Origin: the human T2T-CHM13v2.0 reference genome, Homo sapiens
Strand: one strand, 5' to 3'
NCBI RefSeq assembly: GCF_009914755.1
Contig: NC_060925.1
Length of the DNA: 64,000 bases
Under the pieces are notes generated by a model. It was not told the DNA's origin. It searched no databases and saw only the letters and a list, made by a program, of their open reading frames with translations. Every line of letters begins with the position of its first letter. Position 1 is the stretch's first letter. This document shows, piece after piece, positions 12,001 to 27,600 of the stretch. The translations under genes and the position numbers were made by a program.

Positions 12001-15000
12001 ATTATCCTCAAATGGAATCAAATGGATTTATCGAATGCAATCGAATGGAATTATCGAATGCAATCGAATAGAATCATCGAATGGACTCGAATGGAATCAT
12101 CGAATGGAATGCAATGGATTAATCCATGGACTCGAATTCAATCACCATCGAATACAATCGAATGGAGTCATCGAATCGACTCAAATGGAATAATCATTGA
12201 ATGGAAACGAATAGAATCATCGAGTGGAATCGAATCGAATCATGATCAAATGGAATCGAATGTAATCATCATCAAATGGAATCAAAAATAAACATCATCA
12301 ATTGGTATTGAATGGAATTGTAATCAAATGGAATTCAAAGGAATCATCATCAAATGGAACCGAATGGAATCCTCACTGAATGGAAATGAAAGGAGTCATC
12401 ATCTAATGGAATCGCAAGGAATCATCATCAAATGGAATCGAATGGAATCATCATCAAATGGAATAAAATGGAATCATTGAACGGAATTGAATGGAATCGT
12501 CATCGAATGAATTGAATGCAATCATCGAATGGTCTCGAATGGAACCACCTCCAAATGGAATGGAATGGAATCATCACATAGAATCGAATGGAATTATCAT
12601 CGAATGGACTCGAATGGAATCAACATCAAACAGAATCAAACGGAATTATCGAATGGAATCGAAGAGAATCATCGAATGGACTGGAATGGAATCATCTAAT
12701 GGAATGGAATGGAAGAATCCATGGTCTCGAATGCAATCATCATCGAATGGAATCGAATGGAATCATCGAATGGACACGAATGGAATAATCATTGAACGGA
12801 ATCGAATGGAATCATCATCGGATGGAAACGAATGGAATCCTCAAATGGAATCAGATGGAATCATCATTAAATGGAATCGAATAGAATGATGGAATGAAAT
12901 CCATTGTGATCATCATCGAATGGACTCGAATGGAATCATCATCAAATGGAAACTAATGGAATCAACTTCGAATGGAATCGAATGGAAACTCCATCGAATT
13001 GAAACGAATGGAATTATCATGAAATTGAAATGGATGGACTCATCATCGAATGGATTCGAATGGAATCATCGAATGAAATTGATTGAAATCATCATCAAAT
13101 GGAATCGAATGGAAACATTGAATGGAATCGAATGGAATCATCATCAGATGGAAATGAATGGAATCATCATAGAATGGAATCGAATGGATTCATTGAATGG
13201 AATCAGATGGAATCATCGAATGGACTTGAATGGAATCGTTGAATGGACTCGAATGGAATCATTATTGAATGGAAATGAATGGAATCTTCGAATGGTCTCG
13301 AATGGAATCATTATCAAATGGAATCCAATGGAATCACCGAATAGAATCGAATGGAACAATCATCGAATGGACTCAAATGGAATTATCCTCAATTGGAATC
13401 GAATGGAATTATCGAATGCAATCGAATGGAATAATCGAATGCAATCGAATAGAATCATCGAATGGACTTGAAAGGAATCATCGATTGAAATAGAATGGAA
13501 TAGTCAATGACCTCGAATGGAATCATCATTGAATGGAATCATCGAGTGGAATCGAATGGAATCATGATCAAATGGAATCGAAAGTAATCATCATCCAATG
13601 GAACCGAACGGAATCCTCATTGAATGGAAATGAAAGGAGTCATCATCTAATGGAATCGCATGGAATCATCATCAAATGGAATCTAATGGAATCATCATCA
13701 AATGGAATCTAATGGAATCATTGAACGGAATTGAATGGAATCGTCATCGAATGAATTGAATGCAATCAACGAATGGTCTCGAGTGGAACCATCTCCAAAT
13801 GGAATGGAATGGAATCATCGCAAAGAATCGAATGGAATTATCATCGAATGGACTCGAATTGAATCAACGTCAAACGGAATCAAACGGAATTATCGAATGG
13901 AATGGAAGAGAATCATCAAACGGACTCGAATGGAATCATCTAATGGAATGGAATGGAAGAATCCATGGACTCGAATGCAATCATCATCAAGTGGAATCGA
14001 ATGGGATCATCAAATGGAATCAGATGGAATCATCATCAAATGGAATCGAATAGAATTATGGAATGAAATCCAATGTGATCATCATTGAATGGACTCGAAT
14101 GGAATCATCATCCAATGGAAACTAATGGAATCAACATCGAATGGAATCGAATGGAAACACCATCGAATTGAAACGAATGGAATTATCATGAAATTGAAAT
14201 GGATGGACTCATCATCGAATGGATTCGAATGGAATCATCGAATGAAATTGATTGAAATCATCATCAAATGGAATCGAATGGAATCATTGAATGGAATCGA
14301 ATGGAATCATAATCAGATGGAAATGAATGGAATCACCATGGAATGGAATCGAATGGATTCATTGAATGGAATCAGATGGAATCATCGTATGGACTTGAAT
14401 GGAATCATTGAATGGACGCGAATGGAATCATTATTGAATGGAATTGAATGGAATCATCGAATGGTCTCGAATGGAATCATTATGAAATGGAATCGAATGG
14501 AATCACCGAATAGAATCGAATGGAACAATCATCGAATGGACTCAAATGGAATTATCCTCAAATGGAATCGAATGGAATTATCGAATGCAATCGAATGGAA
14601 TAATCGAACGCAATCGAATAGAATCATCGAATGGACTTGAAAGGAATCATCGATTGAAATGGAATGGAATAGTCAATGAACTCGAATGGAATCATCATTG
14701 AATGGAATCATCGAGTGGAATCGAATGGAATCATGATCAAATGGAATCGAAAGTAATCATCAAGAAATGGAATCAAAAGTAACCATCATCAATTGGTATT
14801 GAATGGAATTGTCATCAAACGGAATTCAAAGGAATCATCATCAAATGGAACCGAATGGAATACTCATTGAATGGAAATGAAAGGAGTCATCATCTAATGG
14901 AATCGCATGGAATCATCATCTAATGGAATCGAATGGAATCATCATCAAATGGAATCTAATGGAATCATTGAACGGAATTGAATGGAATCGTCATCGAATG

Positions 15001-15954
15001 AATTGAATTCAATCAACGAATGGTCTCGAATGGAACCACCTCCAAATGGAATGGAGTGGAATCATGGCATAGAATCGAATGGAATTATCATCGAATGGAC
15101 TCGAATGGAATCAACATCAAACGGAATCAAACGGAATTATCGAATGGAATCGAAGAGAATCATCGAATGGACTCGAATGGAATCATCTAATGGAATGGAA
15201 TGGAAGAATCCATGGACTCGAATTCAATCATCATCGAATGGAATCGAATGGAATCATCGAATGGACTCGAATGGAATAATCATTGAACGGAATCGAATGG
15301 AATCATCATCGGATGGAAACGAATGGAATCATCAAATGGAATCAGATGGAATCATCATCAAATGGAATCGAATAGAATTATGGAATGAAATCCATTGTGA
15401 TCATCATCGAATGGACTCGAATGGAATCATCATCCAATGGAAACTAATGGAATCAACATCGAATGGAATCGAATGGAAACACCATCGAATTGAATCGAAT
15501 GGAATTATCATGAAATTGAAATGGATGGACTCATCATCGAATGGATTCGAATGGAATCATCGAATGAAATTGATTGAAATCATCATCAAATGGAATCGAA
15601 TGGAATCATTGAATGGAATCGAATGGAATCATCATCAGATGGAAATGAATGGAATCATCATAGAATGGAATCGAATGGATTCATTGAATGGAATCAGATG
15701 GAATCATCGAATGGACTTGAATGGAATCGTTGAATGGACTCGAATGGAATCATTATTGAATGGAATTGAATGGAATCATCGAATGGTCTCGAATGGAATC
15801 ATTATCAAATGGAATCGAATGGAATCACCGAATAGAATCGAATGGAACAATCATCGAATGGACTCAAATGGAATTATCCTCAAATGGAATCGAATGGAAT
15901 TATCGAATGCAATCGAATGGAATAATCGAATGTAATCGAATAGAATAATCGAAT

Positions 15955-18900
15955 GGACTTGAAAGGAATCATCGATTGAAATGGAATGGAATAGTCAATG
16001 AACTCGAATGGAATAATCATTGAATGGAATCATTGAGTGGAATCGAATGGAATCATGATCAAATGGAATCGAATGTAATTATCATCAAATGGAATCAAAA
16101 AATAAACATCATCAATTGGTATTGAATGGAATTGTCATCAAACGGAATTCAAAGGAATCATCATCAAATGGAACCGAATGGAATCCTCATTGAATGGAAA
16201 TGAAAGGAGTCATCATCTAATGGAATCGCATGGAATCATCATCAAATGGAATCGAATGGAATCATCATCAAATGGAATCTAATGGAATCATTGAACGGAA
16301 TTGAATGGAATCGTCATCGAATGAATTGAATGCAATCAACGAATGGTCTCGAATGGAACCACCTCCAAATGGAATGGAATGGAATCATGGCATAGAATCG
16401 AATGGAATTATCATCGAATGGACTCGAATGGAATCAACATCAAACGGAATCAAACGGAATTATCGAATGGAATCGAAGAGAATCATCGAATGGACTCGAA
16501 TGGAATCATCTAATGGAATGGAATGGAAGAATCCATGGACTCGAATTCAATCATCATCGAATGGAATCGAATGGAATCATCGAATGGACTCGAATGGAAT
16601 AATCATTGAACGGAATCGAATGGAATCATCATCGGATGGAAACGAATGGAATCATCAAATGGAATCAGATGGAATCATCATCAAATGGAATCGAATAGAA
16701 TTATGGAATGAAATCCATTGTGATCATCATCGAATGGACTCGAATGGAATCATCATCCAATGGAAACTAATGGAATCAACATCGAATGGAATTGAATGGA
16801 AACACCATCGAATTGAATCGAATGAAATTATCATGAAATTGAAATGGATGGACTCATCATCGAATGGATTCGAATGGAATCATCGAATGAAATTGATTGA
16901 AATCATCATCAAATGGAATCGAATGGAATCATTGAATGGAATCGAATGGAATCATCATCAGATGGAAATGAATGGAATCATCATAGAATGGAATCGAATG
17001 GATTCATTGAATGGAATCAAATGGAATCATCGAATGGACTTGAATGGAATCGTTGAATGGACTCGAATGGAATCATTATTGAATGGAATTGAATGGAATC
17101 ATCGAATGGTCACGAATGGAATCATTATCAAATGGAATCGAATGGAATCACCGAATAGAATCGAATGGAACAATCATGGAATGGACTCAAATGGAATTAT
17201 CCTCAAATGGAATCGAATGGAATTATCGAATGCAATCGAATGGAATAATCGAATGTAATCGAATAGAATAATCGAATGGACTTGAAAGGAATCATCGATT
17301 GAAATGGAATGGAATAGTCAATGAACTCGAATGGAATAATCATTGAATGGAATCATTGAGTGGAATCGAATGGAATCATGATCAAATGGAATCGAATGTA
17401 ATTATCATCAAATGGAATCAAAAATAAACATCATCAATTGGTATTGAATGGAATTGTCATCAAACGGAATTCATAGGAATCATCATCAAATGGAACCGAA
17501 TGGAATCCTCATTGAATGGAAATGAAAGGAGTCATCATCTAATGGAATCGCATGGAATCATCATCAAATGGAATCGAATGGAATCATCATCAAATGGAAT
17601 CTAATGGAATCATTGAACGGAATTGAATGGAATCGTCATCGAATGAATTGAATGCAATCAACGAATGGTCTCGAATGGAACCACCTCCAAATGGAATGGA
17701 ATGGAATCATGGCATAGAATCGAATGGAATTATCATCGAATGGACTCGAATGGAATCAACATCAAACGGAATCAAACGGAATTATCGAATGGAATCGAAG
17801 AGAATCATCGAATGGACTCGAATGGAATCATATAATGGAATGGAATGGAAGAATCCATGGACTCGAATGCAATCATCATCGAATGGAATCGAATGGAATC
17901 ATCGAATGGACTCGAATGGAATAATCATTGAACAGAATCGAATGGAATCATCATCGGATGGAAACGAATGGAATCATCAAATGGAATCAGATGGAATCAT
18001 CATCAAATTGAATCGAATAGAATTATGGAATGAAATCCATTGTGATCATCATCGAATGGACTCGAATGGAAACATCATCCAATGGAAACTAATGGAATCA
18101 ACATCGAATGGAATCGAATGGAAACACCATCGAATTGAATCGAATGGAATTATCATGAAATTGAAACGGATGGACTCATCATCGAATGGATTCGAATGGA
18201 ATCATCGAATGAAATTGATTGAAATCATCATCAAATGGAATCGAATGGAATCATTGAATGGAATCGAATGGAATCATCATCAGATGGAAATGAATGGAAT
18301 CATCATAGAATGGAATCGAATGGATTCATTGAATGGAATCAGATGGAATCATCGAATGGACTTGAATGGAATCATTGAATGGACTCGAATGGAATCATTA
18401 TTGAATGGAATTGAATGGAATCATCGAATGGTCTCGAATGGAATCATTATCAAATGGAATCGAATGGAATCACCGAATAGAATCGAATGGAATAATCAAC
18501 GAATGGACTCAAATGGAATTATCCTAAATTGGAATCGAATGGAATTATCGAATGCAATCGAATGGAGTAATCGAATGCAATCGAATAGAATCATCGAACG
18601 GACTTGAAAGGAATCATCGATTGAAATGGAATGGAATAGTCAATGAACTCGAATGGAATAATCATTGAATGGAATCATTGAGTGGAATCGAATGGAATCA
18701 TGATCAAATGGAATCGAATGTAATTATCATCAAATGGAATCAAAAAATAAACATCATCAATTGGTATTGAATGGAATTGTCATCAAACGGAATTCAAAGG
18801 AATCATCATCAAATGGAACCGAATGGAATCCTCATTGAATGGAAATGAAAGGAGTCATCATCTAATGGAATCGCATGGAATCATCATCAAATGGAATCGA

Positions 18901-21304
18901 ATGGAATCATCATCAAATGGAATCTAATGGAATCATTGAACGGAATTGAATGGAATCGTCATCGAATGAATTGAATGCAATCAACGAATGGTCTCGAATG
19001 GAACCACCTCCAAATGGAATGGAATGGAATCATGGCATAGAATCGAATGGAATTATCATCGAATGGACTCGAATGGAATCAACATCAAACGGAATCAAAC
19101 GGAATTATCGAATGGAATCGAAGAGAATCATCGAATGGACTCGAATGGAATCATCTAATGGAATGGAATGGAAGAATCCATGGACTCGAATTCAATCATC
19201 ATCGAATGGAATCGAATGGAATCATCGAATGGACTCGAATGGAATAATCATTGAACGGAATCGAATGGAATCATCATCGGATGGAAACGAATGGAATCAT
19301 CAAATGGAATCAGATGGAATCATCATCAAATGGAATCGAATAGAATTATGGAATGAAATCCATTGTGATCATCATCGAATGGACTCGAATGGAATCATCA
19401 TCCAATGGAAACTAATGGAATCAACATCGAATGGAATTGAATGGAAACACCATCGAATTGAATCGAATGAAATTATCATGAAATTGAAATGGATGGACTC
19501 ATCATCGAATGGATTCGAATGGAATCATCGAATGAAATTGATTGAAATCATCATCAAATGGAATCGAATGGAATCATTGAATGGAATCGAATGGAATCAT
19601 CATCAGATGGAAATGAATGGAATCATCATAGAATGGAATCGAATGGATTCATTGAATGGAATCAAATGGAATCATCGAATGGACTTGAATGGAATCGTTG
19701 AATGGACTCGAATGGAATCATTATTGAATGGAATTGAATGGAATCATCGAATGGTCACGAATGGAATCATTATCAAATGGAATCGAATGGAATCACCGAA
19801 TAGAATCGAATGGAACAATCATGGAATGGACTCAAATGGAATTATCCTCAAATGGAATCGAATGGAATTATCGAATGCAATCGAATGGAATAATCGAATG
19901 TAATCGAATAGAATAATCGAATGGACTTGAAAGGAATCATCGATTGAAATGGAATGGAATAGTCAATGAACTCGAATGGAATAATCATTGAATGGAATCA
20001 TTGAGTGGAATCGAATGGAATCATGATCAAATGGAATCGAATGTAATTATCATCAAATGGAATCAAAAATAAACATCATCAATTGGTATTGAATGGAATT
20101 GTCATCAAACGGAATTCATAGGAATCATCATCAAATGGAACCGAATGGAATCCTCATTGAATGGAAATGAAAGGAGTCATCATCTAATGGAATCGCATGG
20201 AATCATCATCAAATGGAATCGAATGGAATCATCATCAAATGGAATCTAATGGAATCATTGAACGGAATTGAATGGAATCGTCATCGAATGAATTGAATGC
20301 AATCAACGAATGGTCTCGAATGGAACCACCTCCAAATGGAATGGAATGGAATCATGGCATAGAATCGAATGGAATTATCATCGAATGGACTCGAATGGAA
20401 TCAACATCAAACGGAATCAAACGGAATTATCGAATGGAATCGAAGAGAATCATCGAATGGACTCGAATGGAATCATATAATGGAATGGAATGGAAGAATC
20501 CATGGACTCGAATGCAATCATCATCGAATGGAATCGAATGGAATCATCGAATGGACTCGAATGGAATAATCATTGAACAGAATCGAATGGAATCATCATC
20601 GGATGGAAACGAATGGAATCATCAAATGGAATCAGATGGAATCATCATCAAATTGAATCGAATAGAATTATGGAATGAAATCCATTGTGATCATCATCGA
20701 ATGGACTCGAATGGAAACATCATCCAATGGAAACTAATGGAATCAACATCGAATGGAATCGAATGGAAACACCATCGAATTGAATCGAATGGAATTATCA
20801 TGAAATTGAAACGGATGGACTCATCATCGAATGGATTCGAATGGAATCATCGAATGAAATTGATTGAAATCATCATCAAATGGAATCGAATGGAATCATT
20901 GAATGGAATCGAATGGAATCATCATCAGATGGAAATGAATGGAATCATCATAGAATGGAATCGAATGGATTCATTGAATGGAATCAGATGGAATCATCGA
21001 ATGGACTTGAATGGAATCATTGAATGGACTCGAATGGAATCATTATTGAATGGAATTGAATGGAATCATCGAATGGTCTCGAATGGAATCATTATCAAAT
21101 GGAATCGAATGGAATCACCGAATAGAATCGAATGGAATAATCAACGAATGGACTCAAATGGAATTATCCTAAATTGGAATCGAATGGAATTATCGAATGC
21201 AATCGAATGGAGTAATCGAATGCAATCGAATAGAATCATCGAACGGACTTGAAAGGAATCATCGATTGAAATGGAATGGAATAGTCAATGAACTCGAATG
21301 GAAT
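15955..21304 (+). repeat. Near-perfect tandem duplication, period 2645 bp (two monomers)
   Basis: ORFs 16305/18950 and 17627/20272 have identical translations. Shared private variants include the A6 run at ~16097/18742, GGTCACGAAT and TTCATAGGAAT. Confidence 0.92.
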
Positions 21305-21970
21305 CATCATTGAATGGTATCATCGAGTGGAATCGAATGGAATCATGATCAAATGGAATCGAAAGTAATCATCATCAAATGGAACCGAATGGAATCCTCA
21401 TTGAATGGAAATGAAAGGAGTCATCATCTAATGGAATCGCATGGAATCATCATCAAATGGAATCGAATGGAATCATCATCAAATGGAATCTAATGGAATC
21501 ATTGAACGGAATTGATTGGAATCGTCATCGAATGAATTGAATGCAATCAACGAATGGTCTCGAATGGGACCACCTCCAAATGGAATGGAATGGAATCATC
21601 GCATAGAATCGAATGGAATTATCATCGAATGGACCCGAATGGAATCAACGTCAAACGGAATCAAACGGAATTATCGAATGGAATCGAAGAGAATCATCGA
21701 ACGGACTCGAATGGAATCATCTAATGGAATGGAATGGAAGAATCCATGGACTCGAATGCAATCATCATCGAATGGAATCGAATGGAATCATCGAATGGAC
21801 TCGAATGGAATAATCATTGAACGGAATCGAATGGAATCATCATCGGATGGAAACGAATGGAATCATCATCGAATGGAATCGAATGGGATCATCAAATGGA
21901 ATCAGATGGAATCATCATCAAATGGAATCGAATAGAATTATGGAATGAAATCCATTGTGATCATCATTGA

Positions 21971-24640
21971 ATGGACTCGAATGGAATCATCATCCAATGG
22001 AAACTAATGGAATCAACATCGAATGGAATCGAATGGAAACACCATCGAATTGAAACGAATGGAATTATCATGAAATTGAAATGGATGGACTCATCATCGA
22101 ATGGATTCGAATGGAATCATCGAATGAAATTGATTGAAATCATCATCAAATGGAATCGAATGGAATCATTGAATGGAATCGAATGGAATCATCATCAGAT
22201 GGAAATGAATGGAATCATCATAGAATGGAATCGAATGGATTCATGGAATGGAATCAGATGGAATCATCGAATGGACTTGAATGGAATCGTTGAATGGACT
22301 CGAATGGAATCATTATTGAATGGAATTGAATAGAATCATCGAATGGTCTCGAATGGAATCATTATCAAATGAAGTCGAATGGAATCACCGAATAGAATCG
22401 AATGGAACAATCATCGAATGGACTCAAATGGAATTATCCTCAAATGGAATCAAATGGATTTATCGAATGCAATCGAATTTAATTATCGAATGCAATCGAA
22501 TAGAATCATCGAATGGACTCGAATGGAATCATCGAATGGAATGCAATGGATTAATCCATGGACTCGAATTCAATCACCATCGAATACAATCGAATGGAGT
22601 CATCGAATCGACTCAAATGGAATAATCATTGAATGGAATCGAATGGAATCATCGAGTGGAATCGAATGGAATCATGATCAAATGGAATCGAATGTAATCA
22701 TCATCAAATGGAATCAAAAATAAACATCATCAATTGGTATTGAATGGAATTGTCATCAAATGGAATTCAAAGGAATCATCATCAAATGGAACCGAATGGA
22801 ATCCTCATTGAATAGAAATGAAAGGAGTCATCATCTAATGGAATCGCATGGAATCATCACCAAATGGAATCGAATGGAATCATCATCAAATGGAATCTAA
22901 TGGAATCATTGAACGGAATTGACTGGAATCGTCATCGAATGAATTGAATGCAATCAACGAATGGTCTCGAATGGAACCACCTCCAAATGGAATGGAATGG
23001 AATCATCGCATAGAATCGAATGGAATTATCATCGGATGGACTCGAATGGAATCAACATCAAACGGAATCAAACGTAATTATCGAATGGAATCGAAGAGAA
23101 TCATCGAATGGACTCGAATGGAATCATCTAATGGAATGGAATGGAAGAATCCATGGACTCGAATGCAATCATCATCGAATGGAATCGAATGGAATCATCG
23201 AATGGACTCGAATGGAATAATCATTGAACGGAATCGAATGGAATCATCATCGGATGGAAACGAATGGAATCATCAAATGGAATCAGATGGAATCATCATC
23301 AAATGGAATCGAATAGAATTATGGAATGAAATCCATTGTGATCATCATCGAATGGACTCGAATGGAATCATCATCCAATGGAAACTAATGGAATCAACAT
23401 CGAATGGAATCGAATGGAAACACCATCGAATTGAAACGAATGGAATTATCATGAAATTGAAATGGATGGACTCATCATCGAATGGATTCGAATGGAATCA
23501 TCGAATGAAATTGATTGAAATCATCATCAAATGGAATCGAATGGAATCATTGAATGGAATCGAATGGAATCATCATCAGATGGAAATGAATGGAATCATC
23601 ATAGAATGGAATCGAATGGATTCATGGAATGGAATCAGATGGAATCATCGAATGGACTTGAATGGAATCGTTGAATGGACTCGAATGGAATCATTATTGA
23701 ATGGAATTGAATAGAATCATCGAATGGTCTCGAATGGAATCATTATCAAATGAAGTCGAATGGAATCACCGAATAGAATCGAATGGAACAATCATCGAAT
23801 GGACTCAAATGGAATTATCCTCAAATGGAATCAAATGGATTTATCGAATGCAATCGAATTTAATTATCGAATGCAATCGAATAGAATCATCGAATGGACT
23901 CGAATGGAATCATCGAATGGAATGCAATGGATTAATCCATGGACTCGAATTCAATCACCATCGAATACAATCGAATGGAGTCATCGAATCGACTCAAATG
24001 GAATAATCATTGAATGGAATCGAATGGAATCATCGAGTGGAATCGAATGGAATCATGATCAAATGGAATCGAATGTAATCATCATCAAATGGAATCAAAA
24101 ATAAACATCATCAATTGGTATTGAATGGAATTGTCATCAAATGGAATTCAAAGGAATCATCATCAAATGGAACCGAATGGAATCCTCATTGAATAGAAAT
24201 GAAAGGAGTCATCATCTAATGGAATCGCATGGAATCATCACCAAATGGAATCGAATGGAATCATCATCAAATGGAATCTAATGGAATCATTGAACGGAAT
24301 TGACTGGAATCGTCATCGAATGAATTGAATGCAATCAACGAATGGTCTCGAATGGAACCACCTCCAAATGGAATGGAATGGAATCATCGCATAGAATCGA
24401 ATGGAATTATCATCGGATGGACTCGAATGGAATCAACATCAAACGGAATCAAACGTAATTATCGAATGGAATCGAAGAGAATCATCGAATGGACTCGAAT
24501 GGAATCATCTAATGGAATGGAATGGAAGAATCCATGGACTCGAATGCAATCATCATCGAATGGAATCAAATGGAATCATCGAATGGACTCGAATGGAATA
24601 ATCATTGAACGGAATCGAATGGAATCATCATCGGATGGAA
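21971..24640 (+). repeat. Near-identical tandem monomer repeat, period 1381 bp
   Basis: 22379->23760 and 22944->24325. Private variants repeat at +1381: TTCATGGAATG, GAATTTAATT, AATAGAAATG, GACTGGAATC, ATCGGATGGA, AACGTAATTA. Boundaries are approximate. Confidence 0.85.
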
Positions 24641-27600
24641 ACGAATGGAATCATCATCGAATGGAATCGAATGGGATCATCAAATGGAATCAGATGGAAT
24701 CATCATCAAATGGAATCGAATAGAATTATGGAATGAAATCCAATGTGATCATCATTGAATGCACTCGAATGGAATCATCATCCAATGGAAACTAATGGAA
24801 TCAACATCGAATGGAATCAAATGGAAACACCATCGAATTGAAACGAATTGCATTATCATGAAATTGAAATGGATGGACTCATCATCGAATGGATTCGAAT
24901 GGAATCATCGAATGAAATTGATTGAAATCATCATCAAATGGAATCGAATGGAATCATTGAATGGAATCGAATGGAATCATCATCAGATGGAAATGAATGG
25001 AATCATCATAGAATGGAATCGCATGGATTCATTGAATGGAATCAGATGGAATCATCGAATGGACTTGAATGGAATCATTGAATGGCCTCGAATGGAATCA
25101 TTATTGAATGGAATTGAATGGAATCATCCAATGGTCTCGAATGGAATCATTATCAAATGGAATCGAATGGAATCACCGAATAGAATCGAATGGAACAATC
25201 ATCGAAAGGACTCAAATGGAATTATCCTCAAATGGAATCGAATGGAATTATCGAATGCAATCGAATGGAATAATCGAATGCAATCGAATAGAATCATCCA
25301 ATGGACTTGAAAGGAATCATCGATTGAAATGGAATGGAATAGTCAATGAACTCGAATGGAATCATCATTGAATGGAATCATTGAGTGGAATCGAATGGAA
25401 TCATGATCAAATGGAATCTAAAATAATCATCATCAAATGGAATCAAAAATAACCATCATGAATTGGTATTGAATGGAATTGTCATCAAACGGAATTCAAA
25501 GGCATCATCATCAAATGGAATCGAAAGGAATCATCAAATGGAATCGAATGGAATCATCATCAGATGGAAATGAATGGAATCATCATAGAATGGAATCGCA
25601 TGGATTCATTGAATGGAATCAGATGGAATCATCGAATGGACTTGAATGGAATCGTTGAATGGACTCGAATGGAATCATTATTTAATGGAATTGAATAGAA
25701 TCATCGAATGGTCTCGAATGGAATCATTATCAAATGAAGTCGAATGGAATCACCGAATAGAATCGAATGGAACAATCATCGAATGGACTCAAATGGAATT
25801 ATCCTCAAATGGAATCAAATGGATTTATCGAATGCAATCGAATGGAATTATCGAATGCAATCGAATAGAATCATCGAATGGACTCGAATGGAATCATCGA
25901 GTGGAATGCAATGGATTAATCCATGGACTCGAATTCAATCACCATCGAATACAATCGAATGGAGTCATCGAATCGACCCAAATGGAATAATCATTGAATG
26001 GAATCGAATGGAATCATCGAGTGGAATCGAATGGAATCATGATCAAATGGAATCGAATGTAATCATCATCAAATGGAATCAAAAATAAACATCATCAATT
26101 GGTATTGAATGGAATTGTCATCAAATGGAATTCAAAGGAATCATCATCAAATGGAACCGAATGGAATCATCATTGAATGGAAATGAAAGGAGTCATCATC
26201 TAATGGAATCGCATGGAATCATCATCAAATGGAATCTAATGGAATCATTGAACGGAATTGAATGGAATCGTCATCGAATGAATTGAATGCAATCAACGAA
26301 TGGTCTCGAATGGAACCACCTCCAAATGGAATGGAATGGAATCATTGCATAGAATCGAATGGAATTATCATCGAATGGACTCGAATGGAATCAACATCAA
26401 ACGGAATCAAACGGAATTATCAAATGGAATCGCAGAGAATCATCGAATGGACTCAAATGGAATCATCTAATGGAATGGAATGGAAGAATCCATGGACTCG
26501 AATGCAATCATCATCGAATGGAAACGAATGGAATCATCGAATGGACTCGAATGGAATAATCATTGAACGGAATCGAATGGAATTATCATCGGATGGAAAC
26601 GAATGGAATCACCAAAGGGAATCAGATGGAATCATCATCAAATGGAATCGAATAGAATTATGGAATGAAATCCATTGTGATCATCATCGAATGGACTTGA
26701 ATGGAATCATCATCCAATGGAAACTAATGGAATTTACATCGAATGGAATCGGATGGAAACACCATCGAATTGAAACGAATGGATTTATCATGAAATTGAA
26801 ATGGATGGACTCATCATCGAATGGATTCGAATGGAATCATCGAATGAAATTGATTGAAATCATCATCAAATGGAATCGAATGGAATCATTGAATGGAATC
26901 GAATGGAATCATCATCAGATGGAAATGAATGGAATCATCATAGAATGGAATCGAATGGATTCATTGAATGGAATCAGATGGAATCATCGAATGGACTTGA
27001 ATGGAATCATTGAATGGACTCGAATGGAATCATTATTGAATGGAATTCAATGGAATCATCGAATGGTCTCGAATGGAATCATTATCAAATGGAATCGAAT
27101 GGAATCACGGAATAGAATCGAATGGAACAATCATCGAATGGACTCAAATGGAATTATCCTCAAATGGAATCAAATGGAATTATCGAATGCAATCGAATGG
27201 AATAATCGAATGCAATCGAATAGAATCATCGAATGGACTTGAAAGGAATCATCGATTGACATGGAATGGAATAGTCAATGAACTCGAATGGAATCATCAT
27301 TGAATGGAATCATCGAGAGGAATCGAATGGAATCATGATCAAATGGAATCGAAAGTAATCATCATCAAATGGAATCAAAAATAACCATCATCAATTGGTA
27401 TTGAATGGAATTGTCATCAAACGGAATTCAAAGGAATCATCATCAAATGGAACCGAATGGAATCCTCATTGAATGGAAATGAAAGGAGTCATCATCTAAT
27501 GGAATCGCATGGAATCATCATCAAATGGAATCGAATGGAATCATCATCAAATGGAATCTAATGGAATCATTGAACGGAATTGAATGGAATCGTCATCGAA

